Made by a program: the position numbers and the translations under genes. Shown here piece by piece: positions 51,365 through 61,231 of a stretch of DNA of 64,000 nt. A model generated the notes under the pieces. The model ran no database searches and was not told the DNA's origin. It saw only the letters and a program-made list of their open reading frames with translations. How positions within the stretch are numbered: position 1 is the first letter of the stretch; the number at the start of each line of letters is the position of its first letter. The stretch is taken from the IMG/VR virus record IMGVR_UViG_3300031867_004305, positions 1 through 64,000 of that record; one strand, given 5' to 3'. Source of the DNA: a virus. Lineage: Duplodnaviria; Caudoviricetes.

Positions 51365-52471
51365 TTAGCCGTTTGGATGTGCGGCAGTATAAGCACTGGC
51401 AATAGCAGAATCTAGATTATCATTATAATCCTTCCAACCATCGGCCTCAATACCAGCATTGTAATAGATGCCCCAATAATTAGGAGTACCAATCATGCCA
51501 ATACCAACCTTTAGATAGCCTTGTAGAACGATAGAATTATCGCCCTCATGGTCATCCCACTCACGGAAATAAGGAGAGCCCTCAAAGCCTAGCTTGATTA
51601 GCTTTTCCTTGCCAGCAGGAATTACATAAGCGAAAGAAGGATTCATAACTAACTTCTCATTCTTCTCATCAGTATAAGACTGTGGCATTACAACAACTGG
51701 GAAGCCACGGAAACGGCCAATATAGCCACGCTCGCGCACTTCAATCATATCCTGATCAGAAATCTTGGTAGTATTGTTATAAACAATAGCATTTACCATT
51801 TCAGCTGCAAACTCAGGAGTGCAGTAGATTACTGGAGAACCATAAGCAGCAACAACGTTGCAAAGCTTTACCATAGCGGCTGGATCAAAACTAGAAGCAA
51901 TGACCTTATTCTTGGCTGGACGACCAGCTAGATTCCAAGAACTTAGTAGGGTCTCCTGAACCATTTCAAAGATGCGGTCAACAATACCTTGCTGAATAAT
52001 ATCATAAATATCAGTCATGTTCTCAACGCCATCAAGATAACGCTCGAAATCAACATAACCGGCTCCGCCAATAGCCTGTGGATATACGTCAAAACGATCA
52101 CGGTCTAGACGGAAGGTCTCATAGTTACCAGACTCGGTGGCACGAGTAACAAACTGACGACCACGCTGCTTGCCACGAGTTACACGGAACTCTAGGCGAG
52201 AACCCTGTGGTACACGAATAACTTCGCAGAACATATCTAGTGCGTTCTGGATATTCTGTGGTAGAACCTCTTCTAGGTTCTGCTCTAATAGCTCAAATAG
52301 CTCAATCTTATTGCGACGATACTTGGCACGACTAAAACGACCCTTGTCATCGCATAGTAACTTGACTAGCTCATCATGTAGAGCAGCCTCATAGTCATAA
52401 TTCTCGGCAGCGAACTCGGCTGGAACCTTGCGGCCGAAAACACCATTCATTAGAATCTGTAGATTATTCAT
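51365..52471 (-). CDS. Major capsid protein
   Basis: About 368 aa, AGGAGG RBS, strong codon bias, GYIGRFRGFPVVVMP P-domain-like segment, followed by a terminator. Confidence 0.8.
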   Translation of the reverse strand: MNNLQILMNGVFGRKVPAEFAAENYDYEAALHDELVKLLCDDKGRFSRAKYRRNKIELFELLEQNLEEVLPQNIQNALDMFCEVIRVPQGSRLEFRVTRGKQRGRQFVTRATESGNYETFRLDRDRFDVYPQAIGGAGYVDFERYLDGVENMTDIYDIIQQGIVDRIFEMVQETLLSSWNLAGRPAKNKVIASSFDPAAMVKLCNVVAAYGSPVIYCTPEFAAEMVNAIVYNNTTKISDQDMIEVRERGYIGRFRGFPVVVMPQSYTDEKNEKLVMNPSFAYVIPAGKEKLIKLGFEGSPYFREWDDHEGDNSIVLQGYLKVGIGMIGTPNYWGIYYNAGIEADGWKDYNDNLDSAIASAYTAAHPNG

Positions 52472-52486
52472 AGTTCGCACCTCCTA

Positions 52487-53116
52487 TTATAGACTAATAA
52501 TCTGATACTTAACGCCGGGCTCGCCGTTAGGTACAGTATAGAACTTAACAACCTTAGCATAAATGCCAGAATTTGGCTTGGTAGCAGTAATCTTAGGAAC
52601 AGCAGAACCAGCAACGGGAACTACATATAGAGGAGTAGTGTCGATAGCTTTTAGAGCATCAAATAGAACTTCTTCAGAAGTCTTTTCACTACCAGTAGTA
52701 GTTACAGCTTTGAATTCGCTATCATCGTACTGTAAACAGTTTGTAGTTACAGTATCACCAATACCAAATAAACCAACACGAGGATAGTCGCCAGCAATCT
52801 TGCGACCAAAGGTCTGTAGACCATAATGGAAAATATCATATTCCTTTTCAGTAGTATAAACAATACCAATAGGCTTATCAGTAGCAGCAGCTGGAGAAGC
52901 AATAACGCCCGCGGCCTTATCTGCAACAACCCACATACCATTCTCACAAGGAGCGTTTAGAGTGAATTCTGCACCTAGTGGGGTCTGTGAAACTACCATA
53001 CCAGTCTTTGGGAAAGCTACCTGGTTTAGCTCTAGAGTAGCATATAGCTTCTCGCCTGGGCGATACTTGCTAGAATAGCTATTGGCACTTGTTAGTGGAA
53101 ATCTCTTCATAGCCAT
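52487..53116 (-). CDS. Abundant head protein (decoration-like)
   Basis: LELNQV...CENGM...PRVG...GDTVTTN; between scaffold and capsid; same codon bias as the capsid. Confidence 0.6.
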   Translation of the reverse strand: MAMKRFPLTSANSYSSKYRPGEKLYATLELNQVAFPKTGMVVSQTPLGAEFTLNAPCENGMWVVADKAAGVIASPAAATDKPIGIVYTTEKEYDIFHYGLQTFGRKIAGDYPRVGLFGIGDTVTTNCLQYDDSEFKAVTTTGSEKTSEEVLFDALKAIDTTPLYVVPVAGSAVPKITATKPNSGIYAKVVKFYTVPNGEPGVKYQIISL

Positions 53117-53130
53117 AATTGTTTCCCTCC

Positions 53131-54420
53131 TTAGTTTTTACGATACTTTTTCATAAATTGAGCGAATTGATCTTCTTCAGGATCTGGTAGTGGCACTTTC
53201 ATTTCTTTTTCTTCACTGCCAGCGATCTTTGAATTAGCAAAAGTGATTGCTAATTTAGATTCCAATTCATCATAAGAAAAGTCATTAGCCGCTTCTTTAA
53301 TTGGACTAATTTCTTCTTCACTCATTATTTTTTCATATTTTTCTACCAAATCATTCTTACGAGCATTTTCAGCTTCTACTGCTTGATTCTCATAAGTCTG
53401 TAGAGTAGTTTGTAATTGTTCGTTTTGCGCGCGTAAAGTTTCAAGTTCAGTATTTGCGCTGGTTTGGAACGCTTCAAGTTCGTTGATACGAGTTTGGGCG
53501 TTCTCATAGTTTGATTGTAATTCGTTGTAGGAGTTTTGTAAGTCGTTGAATTGCTGTTGGAGAGCTTCAAATTCAGAAGGTTCTTCATTTTCGGGTTCTT
53601 CAACAACTTCTTCCTCATTTTCAGTAGATTCTGTTGTTTCCTCAGTTGTAACTTCTGTTTCAACAACTTCCTCAGCCTGAAATGAATCAGGAGTTTCTTC
53701 TACTTGAGGATTTTCAACCTGATCTACAACTTCTTGATTTTCAAACTCATTCATTGGTTGTTCTCCTCCTTCATTATTTTTTTCTGCCTCTTCAACTTGT
53801 GTTTTGAGGTCAAACAGAAGTGAAGAGAACTTCTCATATTGAGAATTATAAGTATCATCATTCTTTGAGAAGAATGAGGACACGGAAAAACAAGGTTCAT
53901 GTTCGCCAATAATACAAAAACCTAACATACTAGCTTTAGTATAAACAAAGTATTCAATTCCGTCAATACGGGTCCAAGCCCCATCAATTGAATTAGGATC
54001 TAATTCCATACTTTGATTTTGCCCAAAAACTTTATTAGCTTCTTCAAAATAATTGGTGAATAAAATAATTGAAAATACAGCGTAGTCTCGAATAACACCA
54101 TCTGTGTCTTCAAAAGGTTCCCATCCTAAAAAACTTTCTACATAACCATAGGCATTTGCCAAAGTTGGGCCACTATGAGAAGCCCAACTTTGTGTTTCCG
54201 GGTCAAAAAAACCAACTACTGGTGTAGTTCCTTGTGTAGCAGAATTGATAAGTTGTTCCGCTACTTTTTCAGTAATGTAAGAGCCATTGCGGTTTCCATA
54301 CTTAGTAAAAACACGCACTTTGAGGCGGCCCAAGTTAGGATTTGACTCCGAAATTCTTTCGATGGGAGAAGAGACTACAACACTATCAAAATAAATAGGT
54401 ATTTGTCTATCCATAGTCAT
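53131..54420 (-). CDS. Prohead protease/scaffold protein
   Basis: GNRNGSYI, QSMEL, GFCIIG..EPCF N-domain plus acidic coiled-coil C-terminus. Confidence 0.7.
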   Translation of the reverse strand: MTMDRQIPIYFDSVVVSSPIERISESNPNLGRLKVRVFTKYGNRNGSYITEKVAEQLINSATQGTTPVVGFFDPETQSWASHSGPTLANAYGYVESFLGWEPFEDTDGVIRDYAVFSIILFTNYFEEANKVFGQNQSMELDPNSIDGAWTRIDGIEYFVYTKASMLGFCIIGEHEPCFSVSSFFSKNDDTYNSQYEKFSSLLFDLKTQVEEAEKNNEGGEQPMNEFENQEVVDQVENPQVEETPDSFQAEEVVETEVTTEETTESTENEEEVVEEPENEEPSEFEALQQQFNDLQNSYNELQSNYENAQTRINELEAFQTSANTELETLRAQNEQLQTTLQTYENQAVEAENARKNDLVEKYEKIMSEEEISPIKEAANDFSYDELESKLAITFANSKIAGSEEKEMKVPLPDPEEDQFAQFMKKYRKN

Positions 54421-54426
54421 TCTCCT

Positions 54427-55998
54427 TTATCCCGCGGCCGCAATATTGGCCTGAGTTTTCTCGGACTTTTCTTCATCGGGGAGTTCTGGACGACCTCCCT
54501 TATTATTTATGTCTTTGTTCTGCTGAGAACTTGTAGTATTTTGTGACGAATTTGTATTTTTTCCTTCATTAGCTACTGCCGTGCCAGAAGTAGTATAAGA
54601 GGACTGTAATGGAATCATTTTACTAGACATATCTAAGAATTCATTTTCAAAATTCATTAAAGATAATTGATCCATTTGTTTAATTCCCATTGCTACTCCC
54701 GCAAACATTTTAGAGTAACCATATTGAGCACCACTGAAATAAGCACCTTGTAGGTCTTTACGATTAAATACCGTAGTGGGAAGAATCTCAAAATCAAAAG
54801 TTAATCCAGTGCGAGAAAATTGGTCATTCAAATGAAATTTTATCCAAGTTTCATATACATTTAAGAAACCCTGCATAAGTGCTTCATCTTTTTTTATGGC
54901 ATACGCTAATGTAGAGCTACCATCCGCATTAAAAATTATAGAACTACGGCCTAATGCGTCATAAGCGTTTTTCTTATATTTTTCAATACGGTCAGCAGAT
55001 TGAGTCGCGGCGGAAGATTCTTGTAAACTTTCTAAATCTGTTTCACCAAATGTAGTAAGTACATCAACAGTGTCAATATCACCAAGCATATCCGCAACAG
55101 AAGAATGAATATCCGCTACTTCATCAAGCTGAAAAACTAGTTCGCCGTCAGAAGTAATAGGCATCCTTTCAATAAGTAATTTATACAATTCGTTTTCATC
55201 ACGTTTTTCTTCTCGTTTTACAGCATCTTTTAATTGTTTTAAATCAGGAATACTAGAAATTAAAAGAGGCGTTTGATCTCCAGAAAAACAAAAACATACC
55301 CCGCCCGCGGCAGCAGGTATTTCTACCCACGAGTCAAGCATACGGCGGCTACCTTCCCACGCATACCAAGCTTCTTGGACTTCTTCAGGAAAAGTAGAAA
55401 GCATTTCTAATTTTAATTCTCGTGTTTGAAATTTATCAAAATAAATTAAGTTAAATTCTAGAATATTAAGATTATTCATATCCTTAAAACGGGTACGACA
55501 ATACTCTAAAGGTAATTCATGAATTACTGCTTTATTACCATCTTTTCTTAAAATACCATTATATACCCCTGTTTTTAACCATTCAGTAGTAATTCGCATT
55601 AAAGTATTAGGTAAATCAAGTGCGTCAACAAAGTGACAAGCATTATAAAATGCTTTTAAAATTTGTGCCTTGGATCCCTTACCTTCTTCAAACACAGGAA
55701 TAACCATAGTATCATATAAAAATAAATGTGCTAAAAAGTCTATATTATTTCTATATTCGCCATTAGTACGATAATAATAACGAGATAATTCCCTTAAATC
55801 TTGTAGGTCTCCTTCACAAATAATTCGTTCTATTTGTTCTAAAGTGAAATCTTGATAACTAACTGGATCACTTCTGCGATATCCCCAACGAGAATATGCA
55901 CGATCTCCAATTGGTAAACGTGGACTACGATTTTTTATTGCAACTTTAAAATTAGTAAAATCATATTTTTCTCTATTATTGATGTTCACTTTATTCAC
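54427..55998 (-). CDS. Portal protein
   Basis: 523 aa directly after TerL; PLQSSYT...GGRP C-terminus typical of this portal type. Confidence 0.75.
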   Translation of the reverse strand: MNKVNINNREKYDFTNFKVAIKNRSPRLPIGDRAYSRWGYRRSDPVSYQDFTLEQIERIICEGDLQDLRELSRYYYRTNGEYRNNIDFLAHLFLYDTMVIPVFEEGKGSKAQILKAFYNACHFVDALDLPNTLMRITTEWLKTGVYNGILRKDGNKAVIHELPLEYCRTRFKDMNNLNILEFNLIYFDKFQTRELKLEMLSTFPEEVQEAWYAWEGSRRMLDSWVEIPAAAGGVCFCFSGDQTPLLISSIPDLKQLKDAVKREEKRDENELYKLLIERMPITSDGELVFQLDEVADIHSSVADMLGDIDTVDVLTTFGETDLESLQESSAATQSADRIEKYKKNAYDALGRSSIIFNADGSSTLAYAIKKDEALMQGFLNVYETWIKFHLNDQFSRTGLTFDFEILPTTVFNRKDLQGAYFSGAQYGYSKMFAGVAMGIKQMDQLSLMNFENEFLDMSSKMIPLQSSYTTSGTAVANEGKNTNSSQNTTSSQQNKDINNKGGRPELPDEEKSEKTQANIAAAG

Positions 55999-57773
55999 CC
56001 CCTTTTTCTAGGACTGAAAAAGGCATATTGCCCAAAGTTCTTTTTCTTTGCTTTTCGCGCAGCTTTATCTTCATAATACTTTACTCTATAAAGACAGTAT
56101 TCAAGTGCAGAAAAGCGGTCTTTAGGGGTAGAAGCTGAAATACGCTCTACTTTAAATTGATTTTGAACACCAGTAGGCTTCAGCTTTAAATTATTTAATT
56201 CATCCATAAGACGAGAAGTCATTTCATAAGGAAGTAAATAAACTCTGCGATCATATAATGACATTTTTTTGCCACGAATTGTTTTTAATAATTTATCTTT
56301 TACTATTCTTTCGCTTGCAAGAAAAGATACGGAACCATTATTTATTTGTGAGAAAAAATTAGAATGAATTAAATCATCATTAGAAGAGCCAGCTTTAATA
56401 TCATATATAATAGCATTAAGCTCCGGTAAAGGTTCATCCATTTCTTTCTTTTTATCAGGCGGTAAATGATTTTCGTCATTAAAAGTAAAATAAGCAGGAA
56501 ATTTTTCTCCTGTATCTTTATTAAAAGAAGGAAGTACCATCGCATCTAGCAAGCCAATACCTGGGCCATTACCGTCAATAACTATTTCGCGTGGATTATA
56601 TAATTGTATAAGTTTTTTAAGACGCGGTGCTTGCTCTGTAATATAATTCGCGCCATGAATAACTTCTGTATAAACGATATTCTTTTTAAAACCATTCGCA
56701 TTCGGCATAACTTTAGCTACCATAATTGCAGTATTAGCAGAATATCTGGCTACGTCTACCCCAATCATATAAAATGTATTTGGATTTGTAGGATTTTCTT
56801 GTGCTTTACGCTCACATTTTAATAAAGTTCTACGTTTGCTTAGACGTTTAGAATCAAGCCATGCTTCTTTACTATTTCCAGTCCAAATAGACAATGACTC
56901 ACGAGCGAATGAATCTTCATTCATCGTATTGGAATAACGTTGATCCATTAACGTAGCTTTATCAATTAAGCCATAACGTAAAGGAACTTCATATGAAAGA
57001 CCCCAAACAAAATATTCTTGCGGCCGCAAAACAGCATTTACAGCACACTCAATAAGTTTGCTATACATAAATACAGTTTTTTCGCGCGCAGTAGTAATGA
57101 AGATTTGGGCAGCTGTAGGTTCTTCTGGATTAAGAGATCCATCTACTTCACGGCGTGCTACGTTCATTTGAGGAAGTAATACTTCATTATAATCTTCTTC
57201 CTCAATTGTCGCACATTCCTCCAATATACCGGCGGTAGCGCGCAGACCACGGCTTGTATCCTTTGAGACAACAGTAATCATACTACCGTTGCGGAAACGA
57301 AGCTCATAGTAGTTACCACTCTTTTTCTCACCTTGCTGTCCGCCGCTTTCACGTGTCTGTAATTCTTTTTGTAGCATAGGCCAATGGCGCCAAATTTCAT
57401 TGAATTTGGCCTCAGCGATTTTTATTACTGTACCCTTTACATCAGAAGAAATGAAAATGTTGGAACCAGGTAGAAGGACCGCACGCACAACAGAACTTAA
57501 ATAAGCTGTGAAAGATTTAGAAGTAGCACGAGTAGCAGTCCAATAGTGATAACGGTATCGCATTGAAGCACGAAGTGCAATACGCTGATAGAAGAATAAA
57601 TGAAAATGTTTTTTATCATTTTCTGGTTGTATTGCGTCCAAAAATAAATCCGGATACAACAACCAATAATTTAAATAAGAAGTAAAAAGAGATTGATTAT
57701 CATCAAGAAATTGTTTAGTAAGTATTACACCTTTTTCTAGCGCAATACCATCACGAATAAATGTTTCCGCCAT
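55995..57773 (-). CDS. terL: Terminase large subunit
   Basis: FFYQRI, Walker A-like ATRATSKS, RGLRA, Walker B GILEE, ITTA; nuclease IGVDVAR, VIDGNG, KDRFSA. Confidence 0.88.
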   Translation of the reverse strand: MAETFIRDGIALEKGVILTKQFLDDNQSLFTSYLNYWLLYPDLFLDAIQPENDKKHFHLFFYQRIALRASMRYRYHYWTATRATSKSFTAYLSSVVRAVLLPGSNIFISSDVKGTVIKIAEAKFNEIWRHWPMLQKELQTRESGGQQGEKKSGNYYELRFRNGSMITVVSKDTSRGLRATAGILEECATIEEEDYNEVLLPQMNVARREVDGSLNPEEPTAAQIFITTAREKTVFMYSKLIECAVNAVLRPQEYFVWGLSYEVPLRYGLIDKATLMDQRYSNTMNEDSFARESLSIWTGNSKEAWLDSKRLSKRRTLLKCERKAQENPTNPNTFYMIGVDVARYSANTAIMVAKVMPNANGFKKNIVYTEVIHGANYITEQAPRLKKLIQLYNPREIVIDGNGPGIGLLDAMVLPSFNKDTGEKFPAYFTFNDENHLPPDKKKEMDEPLPELNAIIYDIKAGSSNDDLIHSNFFSQINNGSVSFLASERIVKDKLLKTIRGKKMSLYDRRVYLLPYEMTSRLMDELNNLKLKPTGVQNQFKVERISASTPKDRFSALEYCLYRVKYYEDKAARKAKKKNFGQYAFFSPRKRG

Positions 57774-58698
57774 TTAAATCACCAAGAAGAGCATCTTCAT
57801 CTTCATAAGCGATGTTTGCTGTTTCATCAAATTCTACTTCTTCATTTTCAATATTCTCTAGTCGTTCTGTGAGATTGAAACGTTCACGCTTGTCTTCTAC
57901 TTGTTCTGCGAAATTGCCTTCATTTACTACTAGGCGACGCAAGTAATTTTGAATGTTTTGCATACAGAAATCAACATCATCTTTTGGTTCTGTATGCCAT
58001 TTGGGATGCCAACCTTTTTTGCCGTAGTATACCATAAGTTCACCTACCGATTCGAAGTCTGCGGCATTTTTGGCATTAGAAGCTTCAAATTTGGCTATTT
58101 TAATTATGTTGTCGCGGGCGTCCATATCCTTTTTAATATCTAGGCCTTCGCGCAAACCTTTTTTAATGCGTAATTCAATTTCGCAGAGGTCGCGGGCGTA
58201 GTGCTCTAAGATAGGAGTGGAAACGTTTTGCGTAGCGATTATTTGGTTGTAGTATTCTTCAAGAAAGAGTAATTCATCTGGCGTGTAAGCGGGAGACCAA
58301 GTTTTTTTAAGTTTGCGCATTTTGGCTTCGCTTAATTCCTTGATTTCATCATCTATTGTTTGTTCTTCGCGCGCAATGCGCCATCTTTCATTTTCGTCAG
58401 ACCAAGATACGGAATTATATCTTTCATCTAAAAGTGTGTTAAAGTAAGCCGAAAGCGTGCGGTCGCCATGTATTTTATAAAGCGATGTCCATTTGTCCAT
58501 ATCAAAAGGCAAATCCAAGTATTGACAAAGTTTGTCAACTTCTTGGAAGTTGTCTTGACGCACCATTTTTTCAAGGCAAGAAGTACAAATAAGAGAGAGG
58601 TGACCCGGGAAGAATGGTGATTCAGTATGAGCAAAATCATATGATGGTTTTTCTTGTTTACATTTTAGGCAGCGTCGAGTCTTTATTGCGTCTGTCAT
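57751..58698 (-). CDS. Zn-finger protein upstream of TerL (candidate terminase small subunit)
   Basis: CLKC...CTSC; function inferred from position. Confidence 0.5.
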   Translation of the reverse strand: MTDAIKTRRCLKCKQEKPSYDFAHTESPFFPGHLSLICTSCLEKMVRQDNFQEVDKLCQYLDLPFDMDKWTSLYKIHGDRTLSAYFNTLLDERYNSVSWSDENERWRIAREEQTIDDEIKELSEAKMRKLKKTWSPAYTPDELLFLEEYYNQIIATQNVSTPILEHYARDLCEIELRIKKGLREGLDIKKDMDARDNIIKIAKFEASNAKNAADFESVGELMVYYGKKGWHPKWHTEPKDDVDFCMQNIQNYLRRLVVNEGNFAEQVEDKRERFNLTERLENIENEEVEFDETANIAYEDEDALLGDLNGGNIYS

Positions 58699-59968
58699 GT
58701 TCAGATTGACCTCCTTTTGCTATGCGTTTTTTGCGCTCACATTCTTTACAGTTGGAGGCGTATTTATCCTTGCGGCTGTTATTAGTAGCGAAAAAATAGT
58801 TGTTGCGTGGTAGCCATTGTTTACAGGTGAAGCATTGTTTTCGCTCCGATTGTGGAGTGGTTAAAAGCATACGATGCTTTGTGGCGGCTGCCGCGATTTT
58901 TTCTGGGATTTCTTTGGAGAGAATAGTACAGAGATGATTTTCGTTGTATTTTAATCCAAATTTTTCTTGTAGTTCAGCTACAATGACTGGATAAGGTGCT
59001 TTATCTATTTTTCGCGTAAGAATATATTCGCGCACAGGAGAAAATCCTACCATATCAAAATAGCGGTCAAAATCATACAGTAAGGTGCGGCCCCAACTGT
59101 CGAGTTTTTCGCCCAATTCCATATAGATGGCGCTATAGTGGTTAATGAGGGCTTTGATGTGTGCGGGATTCTCCCAATCAAATGAGTGTCGGCGCACAAC
59201 CCATTTTACTTCTTCTTCTCCTGTATCGGGATTTATTCTTGTTTCGTAGTCCGCGATGTTGCGGGAGATGGTATGGAGAAGAGCGTTGTCTACGCGCGTT
59301 TGCCATTGGTCGAGGGGCATCCAGTAACAAGCATCGGAGTCCCAATTGTAAGTTTGCGATTTTGGTGGAGTGACAGCAAGAAAGTGGAGAGTGGGTTTGT
59401 AGCTGTCTTTAAGGTAGTATTGGTGGCGCTTTATATCTATGAGGGCATGTTTGAATTGATAGAAGCGATAGGAGTCGGTGAATAGTTGGGTGTCTTCGTC
59501 GGGCGGGACTGTGCCTTCGTTTACTGCCTTGATGTGGTCTAGGCGGTCGATAGTTTCCCAGAGTTGGGTCATTCCGGGGACATCGCTATCGCCGGGGTCG
59601 ATGAGGTTGCCTTCTTTATCGTATTTGGGGCGGCGTATGGTAGGTTTTTTCTTTGTATAGATGTAGCGTGTTTCGAGTGTTTGGAGATTTTGTTGGTCGC
59701 TTAAGGGATTGTCGAGAATTTCGTCTAGTGAATGAACTTTGTCCGCGGCACGCTGAAATGATTTGTAGCGTTTGTCGGAATCGGTTGTTTCGCCTCGTTG
59801 GACGGAATTTTTACCTGTTTCATCTTTGCCATAAAGGATGTAAGAGGCCATTTGTTCTAATTCAGAGTTGGTAGGGTTGGTTTCGAGCGTGTCAAGAATG
59901 TCTTCTACTGCGCGAAGACGGTCTGTGTCGCGTTCGATGGAATAGTCGAGTGAGTACTTTTTTTTCAT
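58658..59968 (-). CDS. Hypothetical protein with HTH-like region and C-terminal CxxC...CxxC
   Basis: GGAG RBS before MKKKYS; CFTC...CKEC; first gene of the morphogenesis arm. Confidence 0.7.
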   Translation of the reverse strand: MKKKYSLDYSIERDTDRLRAVEDILDTLETNPTNSELEQMASYILYGKDETGKNSVQRGETTDSDKRYKSFQRAADKVHSLDEILDNPLSDQQNLQTLETRYIYTKKKPTIRRPKYDKEGNLIDPGDSDVPGMTQLWETIDRLDHIKAVNEGTVPPDEDTQLFTDSYRFYQFKHALIDIKRHQYYLKDSYKPTLHFLAVTPPKSQTYNWDSDACYWMPLDQWQTRVDNALLHTISRNIADYETRINPDTGEEEVKWVVRRHSFDWENPAHIKALINHYSAIYMELGEKLDSWGRTLLYDFDRYFDMVGFSPVREYILTRKIDKAPYPVIVAELQEKFGLKYNENHLCTILSKEIPEKIAAAATKHRMLLTTPQSERKQCFTCKQWLPRNNYFFATNNSRKDKYASNCKECERKKRIAKGGQSEHDRRNKDSTLPKM

Positions 59969-60012
59969 TTGCTTACATCTCCGTTTGGGAGATACAACTT
60001 CCTTCATTTTAC

Positions 60013-60041
60013 AGTTTAGCATATTTTGAGGATTTTGTCAA
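60013..60041 (-). promoter_or_regulatory. SigA-type promoter at the head of the morphogenesis arm
   Basis: TTGACA-17 bp-TAAACT with TG. Confidence 0.7.
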
Positions 60042-60104
60042 GTGTTTGGGTTTTAAAATTGGGCGGGATGGAATTTCAGGCCGGGTGTGGAATTTGGGCA
60101 GCCC

Positions 60105-60132
60105 TTAACATAAACTTAACATAAACTTAACA
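60105..60132 (+). repeat. Triple TTAACA direct repeat with 11-bp period
   Basis: TTAACA-TAAAC-TTAACA-TAAAC-TTAACA; another pair at 60228-60244. Confidence 0.9.
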
Positions 60133-60170
60133 TTTTCCTTAAATATAGCCCCGGGGTCGGCCGGGCGAGT

Positions 60171-60517
60171 CACTTTAGTCTGCTAAAGTGGTGTCGTGGC
60201 ATCACTTTACTATAGTAAAGTGACAATTTAACATAAATTTAACATTTTAATATCACACTTTAGCATATTAAAGCATGAAATTCTACCGCAGGGGTAGGAT
60301 TATTTCATATTCAAAAAACCCAGTAGTATGGTGGTATTTTATTTTATCAACGGCACACACGATAACCACCTGGCCCATCGTTTTAGTAGGAAAAGATGGT
60401 AGGGGCCCACTTTAGCATACTAAAGTGCTAAAGTGCTAAATCCTACTGTTTGGCAAGACTTTCATATAGTAAAGTGCTAAATCCTACCGTGAGAATACAC
60501 TTTCATATACTAAAGCG
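60171..60517. repeat. Cluster of six CACTTTA-N6-TAAAGTG palindromes (motif A)
   Basis: Copies at 60171, 60203, 60256, 60408, 60457 and 60498, each with 0-2 mismatches. Confidence 0.9.
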
Positions 60518-60523
60518 AGGGCT

Positions 60524-60964
60524 TTACGCCCTCGCCATCGCTTTTGCTATTGTGGTTTCATTCGCAAGACTTGCGGATTCAAATTTGATTTGGTATTTTG
60601 TACCGTTGATGGTGATATCGCCGTCGATGTAGTAGGGGATGGAATCTTTGTGCCACTCTTGCCCGGCGTTTTCGGTGATCCACTGTTCGAACGCTTCGCC
60701 TTTATTCTTCCGGCTTGCGAGGACTTCCGAGGCGGTACCGATGTAGGCGGCACCCATGTTAATCAGGCGGTGGCGGGCGATGGTGTTCATCCGAATGCGA
60801 AGCTTGCGAGCACCACCGTGGGAAGTGCTTTCCCTGTCCATGCCAACCAGCCACTCAGGCAGGTCGTTCAGGTAGATGGTGTAAACCTTGTCATTCATCA
60901 GGAAGCCGATGATGTAGGCCATCGCGGCGGTAGTGGCTTTGTAGGCGTTCAGCAGGTTCATCAT
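60524..60964 (-). CDS. Cassette protein, 146 aa, with a PD-(D/E)XK-like C-terminal motif
   Basis: GAGAGG RBS; NKGEAFE...DGD......YQIK; own promoter at 60999-61027. Confidence 0.75.
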   Translation of the reverse strand: MMNLLNAYKATTAAMAYIIGFLMNDKVYTIYLNDLPEWLVGMDRESTSHGGARKLRIRMNTIARHRLINMGAAYIGTASEVLASRKNKGEAFEQWITENAGQEWHKDSIPYYIDGDITINGTKYQIKFESASLANETTIAKAMARA

Positions 60965-61063
60965 GGTGGTTACCTCTCTTTCGTTGCTTTCTAGGTATAT
61001 TATACACCTTGACCGGGCAGATGTCAATAAGGTTTATGTTAACTGTGTGTTAAAGGTTGAGGC

Positions 61064-61231
61064 TTACGCCTCAACCTTCCAGTCGTGGCGGATGCGCTCC
61101 AGCGGCCACCCATCACGGTCGATGGTGTGCTCCCACACGTTGCCATTCTCATCAAGGTAGGCGATGTGCGTCAGGGTGATCGGCCAACCGTCGCGGTCGA
61201 TGGTGTGCTCGTAGGCGGTGATCTTCTTCAT
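61064..61231 (-). CDS. Cassette protein, 55 aa, with duplicated EHTIDRDGWP
   Basis: GAGAGG RBS, own promoter, hairpin overlapping the stop. Confidence 0.8.
   Translation of the reverse strand: MKKITAYEHTIDRDGWPITLTHIAYLDENGNVWEHTIDRDGWPLERIRHDWKVEA

Noticed and set aside
23817-60000. Numerous + strand ORFs inside the morphogenesis genes, and short alternate-frame or antisense ORFs in the replication arm
   Set aside because: They are shadows of long genes, with no RBS or recognisable motifs.
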